A stretch of DNA of 60,359 nt, the filler included, from Asterionella formosa (Eukaryota): NCBI GenBank assembly GCA_002256025.1. It is 8 parts of 8 records of this genome, joined end to end, with 100 filler letters (N's around TTAATTAATTAA, not from the genome) between each part and the next. Parts side by side here need not be neighbours in the genome. Positions count along the whole stretch, not along the records: positions 7,577 to 15,052 come from NKIB01012443.1; positions 15,153 to 22,623 come from NKIB01012444.1; 6 more parts are not named here. One strand, written 5' to 3'. A program made the position numbers and the translations under genes. Under the pieces are notes generated by a model. The model made no database searches. It saw only the letters and a program-made list of their open reading frames with translations, and was not told the DNA's origin. Of this stretch, positions 10,444 to 22,723 are shown in pieces (the first letter of the stretch is position 1; every line of letters begins with the position of its first letter).

Positions 10444-13400
10444 CATTACTTTAGCTGGTACATTATCCTACCAAGAAATTCAAATATAGCAGGAATATAA
10501 TAGAAACAATTCATATAATAATTAAAAATACATAGTCAAAAGAGTTACTTTTTAAGTTACAAGGGCATTTATCAAAATTATTAGATGATATAACGAAAAA
10601 TTATGATCAGATGATCACAATCCTACTATGATGCATCATGGAAATATGATAGGTTTTATTTGCAGACGTGGTCATGTTAGACATCAACATCATGCCCATC
10701 GACAAACCGTTCAGAAAAGTTTCATGTCTCCTTCACCACCGCCTCCTCTTTCTCATGTTGACCATTCACCTTCCTCTGTGACATGTCATAGCCATCAACA
10801 ACACTCCCTTCAGGAACATTTCATGCCTCATTCAACAAGTCTCCATTCTTGTAATTCCATTGTTCTTTCTGGGTGTTGTGCTTTTCAACAGCAATCAATC
10901 CCAGTTGTGCAAATACTGATACTACTGCTGAAGATGCCATGATTGCTCCTTTTTGCTGTGTCATTTGTTTTGGAAGAAACCGCAAGACAATAGATTTCTT
11001 GCATTTGAATAAAATATCTGATCCTCTTTGCTGTAGCATTTGTTTTGGAAGCTACCATGAGACAAAAGATTGCTTTCATTTCAATACATTCTGTGATAAC
11101 AGAAAAGAACTTTTGGTGATGGAAAAGGATACCAAGAGTACACCAATCCCACCTTCAACTGTCATAATATGTTGTTTTGGTTCTCAGTCATCAGTTGTGC
11201 AAAATACTGATACTAGTACTGATGAAGAGGCCATTCATGCTCTCTTTGAAGCTGTTGCCGAGGATTGTATTTGGAATATAAACAAACTCAGTCAGCTAGA
11301 TCACAAACTCAAGTCCATTACCACGAAGATTCATTCTACTCCTCTGACTGTGCATTTATCACTGCATGATGAAGATAGTATTCGGAATAAAAGCAAACTC
11401 AAGTCCACTAGTACCAAGAAGAACCATTCTCCTCCTCTAACTGTGCATTTATCACTTCATGATGCATTGCCTTTCCCACCTGAGTCATTGACTGACGTTT
11501 CAAATCCTACCACTAATATGCAAGGAATCCATGACCCTGAATTCAGTGTAGAGGTGGTGGCTGATCTCAACTCCCCTTCAAATCCCATCAGCAATCAAGA
11601 TCTTCAATTCTGTTCCTGATTCTTTTAATTACCCTCAATTTCTTCAGAACATTTTTTTCAGCTTCTCTGTTCATCTACAATGTTCTGAATACATTGCAAC
11701 AGATCCTGCACAGGAATCTTCTTTGATTGCATGTCCCCATAAAATCATCCCAAATATCAAGTTTCATAAATCTCGATGGTCTGACGGCAATACCTTGTTG
11801 CTCCAAAAACATGTTTCCAAAACCCATACTGGTGTAAATCTTCTACTACAAGATAATGTTTACAAAATTGCTTTTGGGGCAGTAAGCTTCTGCTCCAAGA
11901 TCAGGTTTGCAGACCCCCTGATATTTCTTTAACCTTGTCTGGTAATCAACAAGGTTCTAACTACATTGCTGATCAATCTTTGATTACAAATCATCATAGA
12001 CTTATGCAATATCTTAAGTGTGATCCTTCTCAGTTGTTACCATATGTGGATTCTCTTATGCTCCAAAATCATGCTTGTAGCATCTCAATTCGCAAGTCAT
12101 TTCTCCCCCGTTCTGATAGCGCAGATTGCAATGCTCGATTCCAGGGCACCCTTCTGCTCCAAGGTCATGTTTGCAAAACTTCACCTTCCATCTCTTTTCT
12201 CCCACTTTCCGCTTGCGCAGATCACACTGCTTCATTCCCAGCTGCAAAACCTTCTCCCTTCAACGATGCTGATCAGTGGGTACTCTTTCACCTGGATTCC
12301 ACTAGAATTGCAGTTGCAATTATCTCTGCAAGCTGGCTTGAATCTGCCACTAAGCCATATGGAGAAATACGTCCATCCAGGTCATGTGTTGTTTATCCAC
12401 CATGGTTTGATTCAACTTCAATGCATTTATTCATTCCATACTGATGACCTTTCCAATCAGTGCAACCAGTACACTGTTTCCAATTGTCAATTGCTGCAAT
12501 AAAACGCACTATACACTGTCTTTCTGGGTGTTTGTTTTAGCACGCCTGCTCATCTACAATGTTCTGAATACATTCCAACAGAGATTGCACAGCAATCTTC
12601 TTTGATTACATGTCACCATAGAATCATGACACCACATATCAAGTTTGATCACTTTCTGGTCCTGCTTCCTTTACATTTGGAACAGTTTGTTCCATTTTTA
12701 TTGAAGATGTTAACACCTGATGATCAACTTCCACTCTTGGAAAATATTCGAGTTTTGGATGGTATGCTTTGGCTTCAAATGGATAATCTTTACAACCAAC
12801 TTAGATCATTTCTCAAGTACCTTCCAACACCTTGCACTTTTTGTTTCTCTACTCAAGGTATTAAAGTTCTTGATGATCCAAAAAATGCTCTCCTATTTAA
12901 CAGCCATGAAATAAAGATCTATTGTCACCAGGTCAATGCACATCACTCATCCCTACCTTCATTTTGATGTCATTCACATATTAAACTATGCTTGAATTGG
13001 TGAATTTAGTTATCCAGACCAATACTATATGTGGATTAGTAGTTCATTGCCCTAATCATAAAGTGGTTGTGGAGTTCTTTACAGCAGGCTTGTATTCAAA
13101 AACACCTGTTTTCCAGTCTATACAACTCATTTGTCCTTCAGTGCAATATCTCCCAGTTTGTGGTTAAATCCATGATTCCTATGGTGCTTCTTGTCAAGTC
13201 AATGACATTCAGGTTGATGCTTGTTGTGTAATCATTCCTGATGACTTCTTGAATGTCACTCTCCCATCTTGCAAAGCACTGCTTACATTCTTGGTGATCC
13301 AGGTCAATGTCACTTTGTACCATATGCATGCCATTGCTGATGAAAGCTATGTCAACCCTCCTTGTCCCCAGCATGGTCATTATGATGGCTTAACTTCAAA

Positions 13401-14282
13401 TCAATTTGTTTGTCATGGAGCTATCAGTTCCTACAAACCTGGATTTGGCACATTGTTCACATATGATGATTTATCTGCTACCATGGTACTCAATTCAACT
13501 TGGAATTGGTTGCCTCCTTACGTTATGAATTCAATGGTACAGAAAATGGATAACTGCAAACTGAGCCTCTGCATGATTTGCATTTACCAGGTCAATGAAG
13601 TTGCCGACACCAAAACAAAGATGCTGACAATCACTGCAATGTTCATCAAAGCATTCTGGATATGCTACCTACTTCCCATGTCACCACATGTCGTACCATA
13701 CTAACATGCACCATGTCATACCCAGTCTCCGCTACTATCTATACAAATTGTCATAGAATTATGTTTCTTGGTATCCACCATCTCTCAAAGGGACATCGTC
13801 TTTGGTATAATCCAAATTGTTAGTGCAAATTCGCCACTGCAAGATTCCTGACATTTCACAATGCAATCTTTGCAAGATCTCCTGGTTTTGGAATTGTTTA
13901 GGCATATCATTGGCGAATTTATGATTTACAAAGTTGTCTATGTTTTCCTGTATGAATCTCATTGGAAGGTTCATACCATGGCAGTTGTACCTCATGTACA
14001 TGATTGCTCAGCTCTTTGGATTTTTGGAAATCCAACTTTGATTGATATTGATGTTCGCCTCCGACTGCAAATAAAAAATCATATTCCTATGATGCATCTT
14101 AGGACTATGATCATCTGATCATAATTTTTCGTTATATCATCTAATAATTTTGATAAATGCCCTCGTAATTTAAATAGTAAGCAACCCTTTTCACTATGGA
14201 AATTTAATTATTATATGTATTGTTTCTTTTAGGTTCCTTTGTTTAAATTTCTTGGTAGGATAATGTACCAGTTAAAGTAGTG
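10444..14282. mobile_element. Element bounded by ~220-bp inverted repeats with CACTA-like ends and a decayed interior
   Basis: 10444-10668 is an imperfect reverse complement of 14062-14282. Ends are CATTACTTTA...TAAAGTAGTG, with TG on both outer sides. The interior has only broken ORFs and local duplications. Confidence 0.6.
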
Positions 14283-15499
14283 TGGATGGGCTCATCATCC
14301 TTGCATGTCCTCACTCTGATTCTTGCAACAACGACAAAGCAGCCATGTCGAGAGGAACGAGTGTTTGTGATAAAATCTTCATTTTTCGTTCAAGTCATGT
14401 CCATTGCGTAATGCTTTCTATTTACAAGATTGAACTGGATGTATCTATTCTTACTTTTCTGGAAATTAACTCTGGTCTCTACTTACTACATTTCTCATCA
14501 GCAAGTGCATGATCTTTCCTCATACTCTTGAGGATTGCATTGGAACTATCACAGAATTCTTTACCTTGGTTAGTACAACCAACTGTGAAATCCAATGAAG
14601 TATTTCTGTACCTTTTCCAACTGCTTGCACATGGATTCCCATCTACTCAAGAAATCAATTCTGTTCCATTTCTCCAGTAATATTGGCAATTTGTATCACT
14701 CCTTGCCACCTTCATTTTGATCCCACCATGTTACCATATTCAACTGTGACTCAACATACACTGCTCCCTGTCATCCCTAATTTTTTTATGAGCCACACTG
14801 GAATAGGCTCTTAGCGGCCTTACAGTTCCATTAATCAACTGGACAATCAAATTCATGCCATGAATATGATGGACACTAACTTCCTTCATTTGGCTCATTT
14901 TGATCACATACCAACCTTGCTTCCCGGCCTCAGCAGTACCAAACACCACCAGACAATTTCTGTTCCTTTTCTTCCAGGTATCTCATTATTTCATGAGATG
15001 GGGTGGAGGTTATGAATCACTGTCCTATCATGACGTAGATTCATGTGTCTGTNNNNNNNNNNNNNNNNNNNNNNNNNNNNNNNNNNNNNNNNNNNNTTAA
15101 TTAATTAANNNNNNNNNNNNNNNNNNNNNNNNNNNNNNNNNNNNNNNNNNNNTTGGCGGTGATTAGCTTGATAACTTTGACTAGATAAAGTTTTCTATGT
15201 TTTCTAGAAATAGATGAGAAAACCTGAGCGACAGTATTCTCCTCGGAGAGGGTACAACATTTCAAGATGCAACAAATTCCTCTACGTCAATTTTGTAGTG
15301 ACTTTTACGTACACACTAATTGTCATGGTTCATATGTCTATGGAATCTTGATAAGTTCATTTGACAGCTTACTATAGACATACTTTAAGCCATTCAACAA
15401 TAGACTGCTTGTTCTTTACATGAATGAAAACTTCGCATCACGGAAATGATCACGAACTCCCCTGACTTACAGTTTATGCATTTTCCGAAACTTATATGC

Positions 15500-17687
15500 A
15501 AAAAATGTATTCTTTCTCCAGAAAACAACTTGTTTTTGCTTAGGACATCTTCGTGACTCTGCATTGTTCTTTGCCTCATTAATCTGAGTGTCAAAGGGAT
15601 GATGCAATGATAGCAGCTTTTCGCCTTCGACTTTCGTTGCAACATGCAACATGCAACATCAACCATTGAAATTTCGTTTATTTTTCCTTTTCATGATATT
15701 TTCCATTGCTAACATTTTTTCCTGCTTTTACAGGGCACCATGTCTCAGAGCAGTAATCATGGCAGCCAAACAAGTGGTTGATTGGTGCCTTGGAGGATTC
15801 TGTGAGAGCAAGGTTGCGATTTTTCTTGATCCAGGCCCCATAGTAAATCTTTATTCAGAAGGGGATGGCTTAGTGGTTAAGCACGTTGCCTTTGATCTGC
15901 GGTTGTGAGTTTCGACTCCCGCAATTTTTTTGAAAAGCAAATGTTGCTCGACTCCCACACTCCTGACCTTCCCGCGCGGCCTTGCCTGGTGTGCAAGAAA
16001 TAGTGGGTTTCACCCCTACAAGCAGCTTGTGCCGCCTTCCTAGGCGGTCAGAGTTTCCCCTAGTAACGCTGGCTGCGGCTAAGACAATCACCATTCGCGA
16101 AAGGTGGTTGGGTGCTCACCTACAGTAACAAAACTAGGGAAGCACAGGTCTTGTTGGCAGGTAGCACAATGAAATATTTGTCTTGAAAGAGTGGAGCACA
16201 AATGGGCTATAAAACATACTAACTTTAAATATTTAGTCGGAAGCAATCTGCTTTTGAAGGACGTTAAAGGGAGACTGGGCCATTGGCTTTCAGAAATGCA
16301 GGGTGGAGTAGGACCCATATTCTGTGGGATGGATTAGACAAAAATTTAGGTTCAGGTATATTCAGCGGAAGGCATCCTTTGTCGGATTTTTTTATCCTTT
16401 CAATGTTCTTGGCCATTGGAAGGATGGCTGTCGTTTCAATAGCTCCTTATAGGACATTTTGGAAAAAGCTCTAATAGTAGAATCATCATTGCAGATGATT
16501 GTAGAGTAGATAACATTGTACTTAGCAACTGCATCAATCATGATTTCCTCACCAGCATCTGGTTCCATTGCCTTTGAACTAGTACCAGCCAGTTACGTGA
16601 TTCTTGGGTCAAACATGTTCCTTGATTGGTTTCTTGTACTGGATAGCCCTGTCGCACACATTACAGACCTTAGATTTCACATGAAAGTCTAGTATCTTTT
16701 TCGTGTAGCCACCAATACAAAAAGCATGTCCACTTACAGAATTGTACTTATTCCCGCTGGATCGCTGCTGCCAGCCCATATCGTAACTAATGGTGAGTCG
16801 CGGCATATTGAGAACAGACAATCACTCTGTAGCAGTAGTAAGACTGTTCCACCACTGAAAATAACCTCCTTTGTCAGCCCAATCTCCACGTTTATGCACA
16901 TTGAGTGTCTGATATATTTCTTCCTGACACGCATCTTTCATTGCAAGAGCGGTTGCAACAACTTCAGCATATCCTACCATTTCCTCCTCAACACCGAAGT
17001 TGTCTTGTGTAGACCAAAATCCAAAGGGAAGAGGTAAGTTCATTGCGGAGCAAATGATATCGTCGGCATCGCCCGGTCCCATTCCGGCTTCATGACAACC
17101 CAAAATAAACTGTTCGTTGAAAGAAATTTGTTTTACTTCTATTTCCTTATTCTTTACCTCACCATTGTCTTCAATGTTGTTGCTTCTTGCAGATTCGAGT
17201 TTATAAATCATTTCCTGCCAGGTGAAACAGTAGACTTCGAATTCGCTTGCCTAGCCGAAATTTTCCGAAGACACAACAATCAACGGTTTCTTCATGCGTG
17301 AAATTGGTTGGTCAAGCATACTATCCTGGTCTAGACTTGCTTCACATTGCTGTTCGATGGACAGCTTATGTTTTCTATTTGATATAAAGTAAGTTACAAA
17401 TAAGTCACGAAGTGATTGTTTGAAATATTATCTTACAAAGACAATATATTGACACAACTTTTGCAACATGTATCTTCATGCAGCAACTTCAGCAATGATT
17501 GATGATTGATTAGATGACTCCAGTTTAGTTGAGATTCTGGTTCGATTGTTGATGTGATTGTTTTGTGGGGATGGAATGGTATTTTAGAGGAACACCAATT
17601 CTGATTTTCATCCCCAATAATATTTCGACCTCCATGTCCACCAGTTCCAATTTCAGAAACAAGTCGACCACCTCTGTAATGCGGCAT
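15500..17687 (-). pseudogene. DDE transposase of the 'Mutator-like' (PF20700-type)/Kolobok class, frameshifted
   Basis: SYDMGWQQRSSGNKYNSVSGHAFCIGGYTKKILDFHVKSKVCNVC, GTSSKAMEPDA, IICNDDSTIRA and LHHPFDTQINE spread over several frames. Confidence 0.8.
15854..16231 (+). mobile_element. tRNA-headed SINE-like insertion in the Kolobok transposase
   Basis: Absent from the homologous position in copy C (about 23430). Flanked by TTTA at 15850-15853 and 16232-16235. Head has A-box TGGCTTAGTGG and B-box-like GTTTCGACTCC. Confidence 0.7.
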
Positions 17688-17894
17688 ATTGCTGTTTCTG
17701 TTGTTGTTGTGTGTTGAAATATAGAGAAAAATCGAAATATAAAAAAAACGATTTGTGACATAGAAATCATTTCGAACATATGCCATGACCTCACTTGTGA
17801 AAGTTTTTGAAAAGACATAAGTAGGTGGATAGAAGTAGAAATTCTATTGAAATGAATGAAAATAGGAAAGAAAACTTATCTCTAGACTTCGAAA

Positions 17895-18326
17895 GTTTAG
17901 AAGAAGGTTTGAAACCAACAATGTAACACTTCTTTGGGGTCCTTTTTTTCTCAAGGGATCAAACTCACTTCAAACAACAGTCAGGAAGTTCCTTCCGAAT
18001 ACCTTTTCCCAATGGTCCACAGAAAGCTCTGATCAAAAACTTGTACAGAAGGTTGCGGGCTCTTGATGGCGTGATATCTTCAGCCTTCATTCTTGTGAGA
18101 ATGCAATCATCATCCAAATACTTCTCAACCAACTCTTCGACTTCATCCCATCAACACTGACATTCAGGGCCAAAGAATCACAGCATTCACAGAAGATTCG
18201 ATCCTCACATCCCTCCACTACCGACACTACAATCAACAGGTCTTGGCATGATGTATGACAGCTATCATGACTGTAGCTGAATTCGACGACACCATTGTTG
18301 TCCAAATGGTGTGTATTTTCACTCAT
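17895..18326 (-). pseudogene. KolX-like accessory ORF (P2X7 C-terminal-like domain) of the Kolobok element
   Basis: Manual translation: RARNLLYKFLIRAFCGPLGKGIRKELPDCCLK*V*SL, then after a frameshift DPKECYIVGFK. This fits the KolX pattern R...Y......G.LG.G.R..LP.C....R......Y.GF. Confidence 0.7.
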
Positions 18327-18651
18327 GGTGGATTGTTGCGTTTGTTTGTTTCTTACCGGTACATAGTCATCAACAATATTTGCCATGCTGCTGCCAGCTC
18401 GCATGAAACATATTTGTTCATTGTATTATAGGGTATATATACATCGAGCGATGTAGACTGTATATAGATATTTAGAGATTTCGAAAAGGAATCTATCTAA
18501 ACAACACAAGCAAATTTCCACTGATTTAAATATTTCAACTGAAATCATTTCATCCAAAATTAACTCATAAAAATTCGTATTTCCAGGCAATTTCGGCAAT
18601 CCTAAGCAATATCTTAATTATTACCTTAGGGTTGAAATGCAGGAACCTTAA

Positions 18652-19800
18652 GCAGCCTTTGATGCAAAATTCTGAGAATGCTATGGCCTCTCGTTGAACA
18701 TTATGTAGCGGGCATAGCTGCACTGTATGAGATTATTATTTCATGCCTAGTTTTTCACGCCATCATGACGTCACCTGTTGTCTTAATGACTATCCCTTTT
18801 CACTGCTTCATTGCTCATGCCTCTTGTATGGCGATGCACTTGGTGAAGTTTTTCGCACTTGTTGCTCTTTCTTTTAGTTCAAAATCACTTTTTCACAATA
18901 TCTAGCTAGAACTTACTTCCAAAGTACTACATTATTTAGATTTACTAACTTCAGCATATCATCTATTTTATCCATTTGAGATAGTTGTTGTTGCAGGTTA
19001 TTAAGGCCCTCTTCTGTCTCTATCACAAACATTCAATCTCTTGTTCTTCTTCCTCCTGCTTGCGAAAATGATCACTCCTACTTTCCTTCCATCCATGGAA
19101 TAAGAAGCCTTGGACGCCCTCGCCCTTTTAGCTGGTTATAGTATTCCACCTAGCTACACCAGCTCTTCCCGCATCTTGCGTTCCCTCTGAGCCTCCAAGT
19201 ATCATCACCAAGCGCTATCGCTACCTTTTCTCCTCTACTGCTCTGGTCTACAATGTTTGTCGCTCTGATGTTGTACTTATCCATACTGTGTCTCTATGCC
19301 TCAACAAAATCTTGGTTCATCCTGTGGCTTGTTTCTTTGTCAACATGGCTGTTCATTACTCTAAACAATTTTCCGTTCCCCTCCCCTGCATTGTTACAAT
19401 GGCGGATCATCCTAACTATAGTACTCTTTGAACTACTGCGACTCATCTTGTCATCCACAAGGTGCATAAAAATATTTGTCTTGACCTGTCTTCAGTCCCG
19501 GTCCCTTCCCCATACAGTCTGGTCGCTTCCATTGGACTCTAACCATTTCTGTTTTCTCTCCTGCTACCAAACAGGTTCTTCTTTCTTTGGAAAAGGTGCC
19601 TCTCCGTGATCCGCAACACTTTGACGCACTTGTTCTCCTCCTGCTGCTACTGCTCTTTTCGATGGCACTCCTGTTCGCATGGGCTGCAAGGAGAGCTTCA
19701 ATGCCAACTTGGGGAAGCAATTCATGGCCATAACAAGTAGAACTATATACAATAGATCTACCACCACAGCTTTTCATCCTTTGCTTGCTGCGTTTACTAA
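18652..19800 (-). mobile_element. Unclassified decayed coding sequence, probably the transposon into which copy B inserted
   Basis: Many short broken frames, including TVQLCPLHNVQRE, cut off at the TTAA junction. No family could be assigned. Confidence 0.3.
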
Positions 19801-22269
19801 ACATTATTTGACAGAATTATCATTGTAGATGAATTGTAGCCGCTCCGATAAGAAGAACATTGACTTCTGTGCACCTCTCATTTTCGACTGTCTAAAGTGA
19901 CATAATCATAAGATTAACGCTAATATATGCAACAGGTATTTCTATGTATGTAATTTTACAAATTCGATCAATCTGCTGTTGTGCCGTTGTTGTTGTTGTT
20001 ATTGCTGTTGCTGTTGTTTCTGCTGTTATTTCTCTTGTTGGAAAAAGGCGCTGTCTAGTGTTTCGTTGTTGTTGCAGTGGCTATACTCTTCTCTTGCTTG
20101 CCGGCTTACGTTTGAAATTCAACAATAATTGTTTGATATGAAAGAGAAAAAGGTCTTGTGTGTTTGTCATCAGCCATAATCTCATTCTGTGAATCTTATT
20201 CTTCTCTCACTGTCAGATTGAGAATCTGTTGTGGGCCGTTTCGGGAGAAGACAGGAAGGTAATCAATACCGGTAGTTTATTTCTCCTCGTCATCACAGAA
20301 GGGATGAATATGGTAGTAGCTAAGCTGCTAACTATCTTGTGAAATGGAAACTAGTCATATTCAAATTAGTGGTTGTCGTTGATGTTGCTCCGCCTCCTTC
20401 GTGTTCTTTGTCTGGAGTTTTCGAATAATGTTTAGTTTTTGTTTGTTTGCTGTTATTGCTGCTCTACCTCCATTGTGCTCTTCATTTGGCATTTGCAATT
20501 CTAACAGTCAGTCATAAACTCCTTACTCTGCAAACCTTGTTCTTTATCTACAAACAATCAATCTGTTTTGGTCAGGCCATGGCTGCGAAGAATGAAAGCA
20601 ATGCGTTTCGATCAGACAGGCAAACAATCATCACTTGTTTTCCTCATCTCCAGAAAGGAAAACACTTGAATGGGACGAATATACATGTACATGGTAAATG
20701 AAATTTGCAATTAGCTGAAAGAACGAACATGCATTGCTTGTTCTTGTGGGATTGATAATATCGTTTTATAGAAAGTATCAATATAAACAATATAGTAAAA
20801 CAATTTTTTTTATTGACTTCATTTATCATTGTATTTGCGATTGTAGATTATTCTACCGATTTTGAACAAATTAAATGGTGATTGGGTACTCATATTTTTA
20901 CTAGCATTTATTTTTGTTTACCCTTTGAAGTATAAATTTGATCAAGGTAAAGATAAAATGGGAGCAAACAAACAGAATGAATGCTAGTCGGAGTTTCTTT
21001 TGAAGAATTTTTGTGAACAGAAATGTAGAGAAAATTAGCGTATTATAGAAGTTATAACTGAGCAAAATTCTCCTCGCATCGCCAGAATATATTGTCTGTT
21101 GGCCCCAAAAATATGTGGGTTTCTAAATAATTATGGAAGTTCTCAAAACAAATTTAGTTCACTCCTATCATATATATTATATGATGCATCATATATTTTT
21201 ATGTGTTGATGTCATACCCTTAAATTATGTATGTAACTAAATTCGTTATATTGGGCAACCCAAATATTTAATTTGGGAGATCATATTTGACTAGCATTTG
21301 TTGTAGCAGCTTTACCAGTAATCGGCATTGTTGAAGATAGAGCAAATTGAAGCACGGACCATTGCAAAGAAAGTTGATACCAAGGAGAGAAAGAAGGGGG
21401 CAGCAGTATCATCATTGGAGCAGAAGAAGCTCTCACTTTCGCCCTATATACTTCCACTGATTGATGCAGCCATACATAACGAGGAAATGATTGTTATGTT
21501 GACAAACAATCAGCTCCATGACATGTTGAGGTATTGAAGTGGCCCTCGACTAGTGAATGTCATGAAATTGGACGAAGAGGGATTGATAAATGCTGTTAAA
21601 GCATCTGCTGGTGTCTGTAGAGAGGAGAGGGCTACGTTAACCCCGACAGCATTTGTTAAAACTACAAAACTAGAGTCGATAGGAACTCAAGCACCCTAGA
21701 CTACATGATTGGACATGATTCTACCGTCTTAAATATCTAGCTAGTTCATCAACCATGCTTTCATTTGTTTCTATTTCTCCTGTAGCGCGCTCATGGTGTG
21801 TTTTACTTGGCGAATTGGTAAGAATTCAGGGATTCCCAAAAATGGACGTTTTTGAGGAAATGACCATAACTTTAAAAATATGCAATTTTTGAAATGAAGG
21901 AAAGTTTTAGATAGTACGAAGAAGGGTCAGCTATCGATTCATTTCAAACCTTAAGCAAAAATTAAAATATTGCTTAGGGTTGCTGAAATTCCCTGGAACT
22001 AAGAATTTATAGGAGCTATTATTGAATGACATGATTCCTTTTGAAATATTCAAATCACTGGAAATTTGAGCATCGTACATAGACTCCGTTTTGAAATCGC
22101 TAAATATATAAATAGACATTGTACATCGCCAGATGTATTTATATGAACAATTATTTTTCGTATATACGACTTGGAAGCTCAGAAAATATTTGAAAGTGCA
22201 CACCGAGTGGTACACTTATGATTTCCAATGATGATTTTTAAAATTACGAGGTGCTATTTTTTGCCCATG

Positions 22270-22390
22270 ACTTTTTGCTTTTGCTCTTACCTTTTCGTTT
22301 TTGCTCAATCACTAAATGTTTTGCTCACTACATGAACATTTTGCTCATTGCTCTGAGCATTTGCTCATCGCTTCAAAAAATTTGCTCACT
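22270..22390 (+). repeat. Short dispersed array of TTTGCTC(A) motifs
   Basis: About six copies at roughly 20-bp spacing. Confidence 0.7.
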
Positions 22391-22723
22391 GTAAGTTGGC
22401 TCGGTTTAGAAGTTATTACCTTTTCGTAATTACGTTTATAATTTGAATTTCCTTAAGAAAAAAATTGGCTAGAAAGTCAGCCGACTCCATCGGTCCCTTT
22501 TGGCTGCGATGCCCTGCAGGCGGGCTTAAACCAAAAAAGCGCGCAGATGGCGCAATTACCGCACCTTCAATCGCAACTCAATGAACGGGAAATGTACGTA
22601 GGGACCGGTAACTAGACAACGGTNNNNNNNNNNNNNNNNNNNNNNNNNNNNNNNNNNNNNNNNNNNNTTAATTAATTAANNNNNNNNNNNNNNNNNNNNN
22701 NNNNNNNNNNNNNNNNNNNNNNN

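Larger units (their letters stand above)
15430..18647 (-). mobile_element. Kolobok-type DNA transposon (copy B) with intact 5' terminus
   Basis: On the minus strand it begins TTAA|GGTTCCTGCATTTCAACCCTAAG, an imperfect inverted match to the 3' ends of copies A and C. It carries transposase and KolX-like pseudogenes. Confidence 0.8.

Noticed and set aside
11723..14118. Many 60-170 aa ORFs as genes
   Set aside because: No domain motifs, overlapping frames and CpG-depleted decayed repeat DNA.
15950..16010. Hammerhead or HDV-like ribozyme in the SINE-like body
   Set aside because: GAAA follows a hairpin, but CUGANGA is not correctly placed and no HDV pseudoknot could be built by eye.
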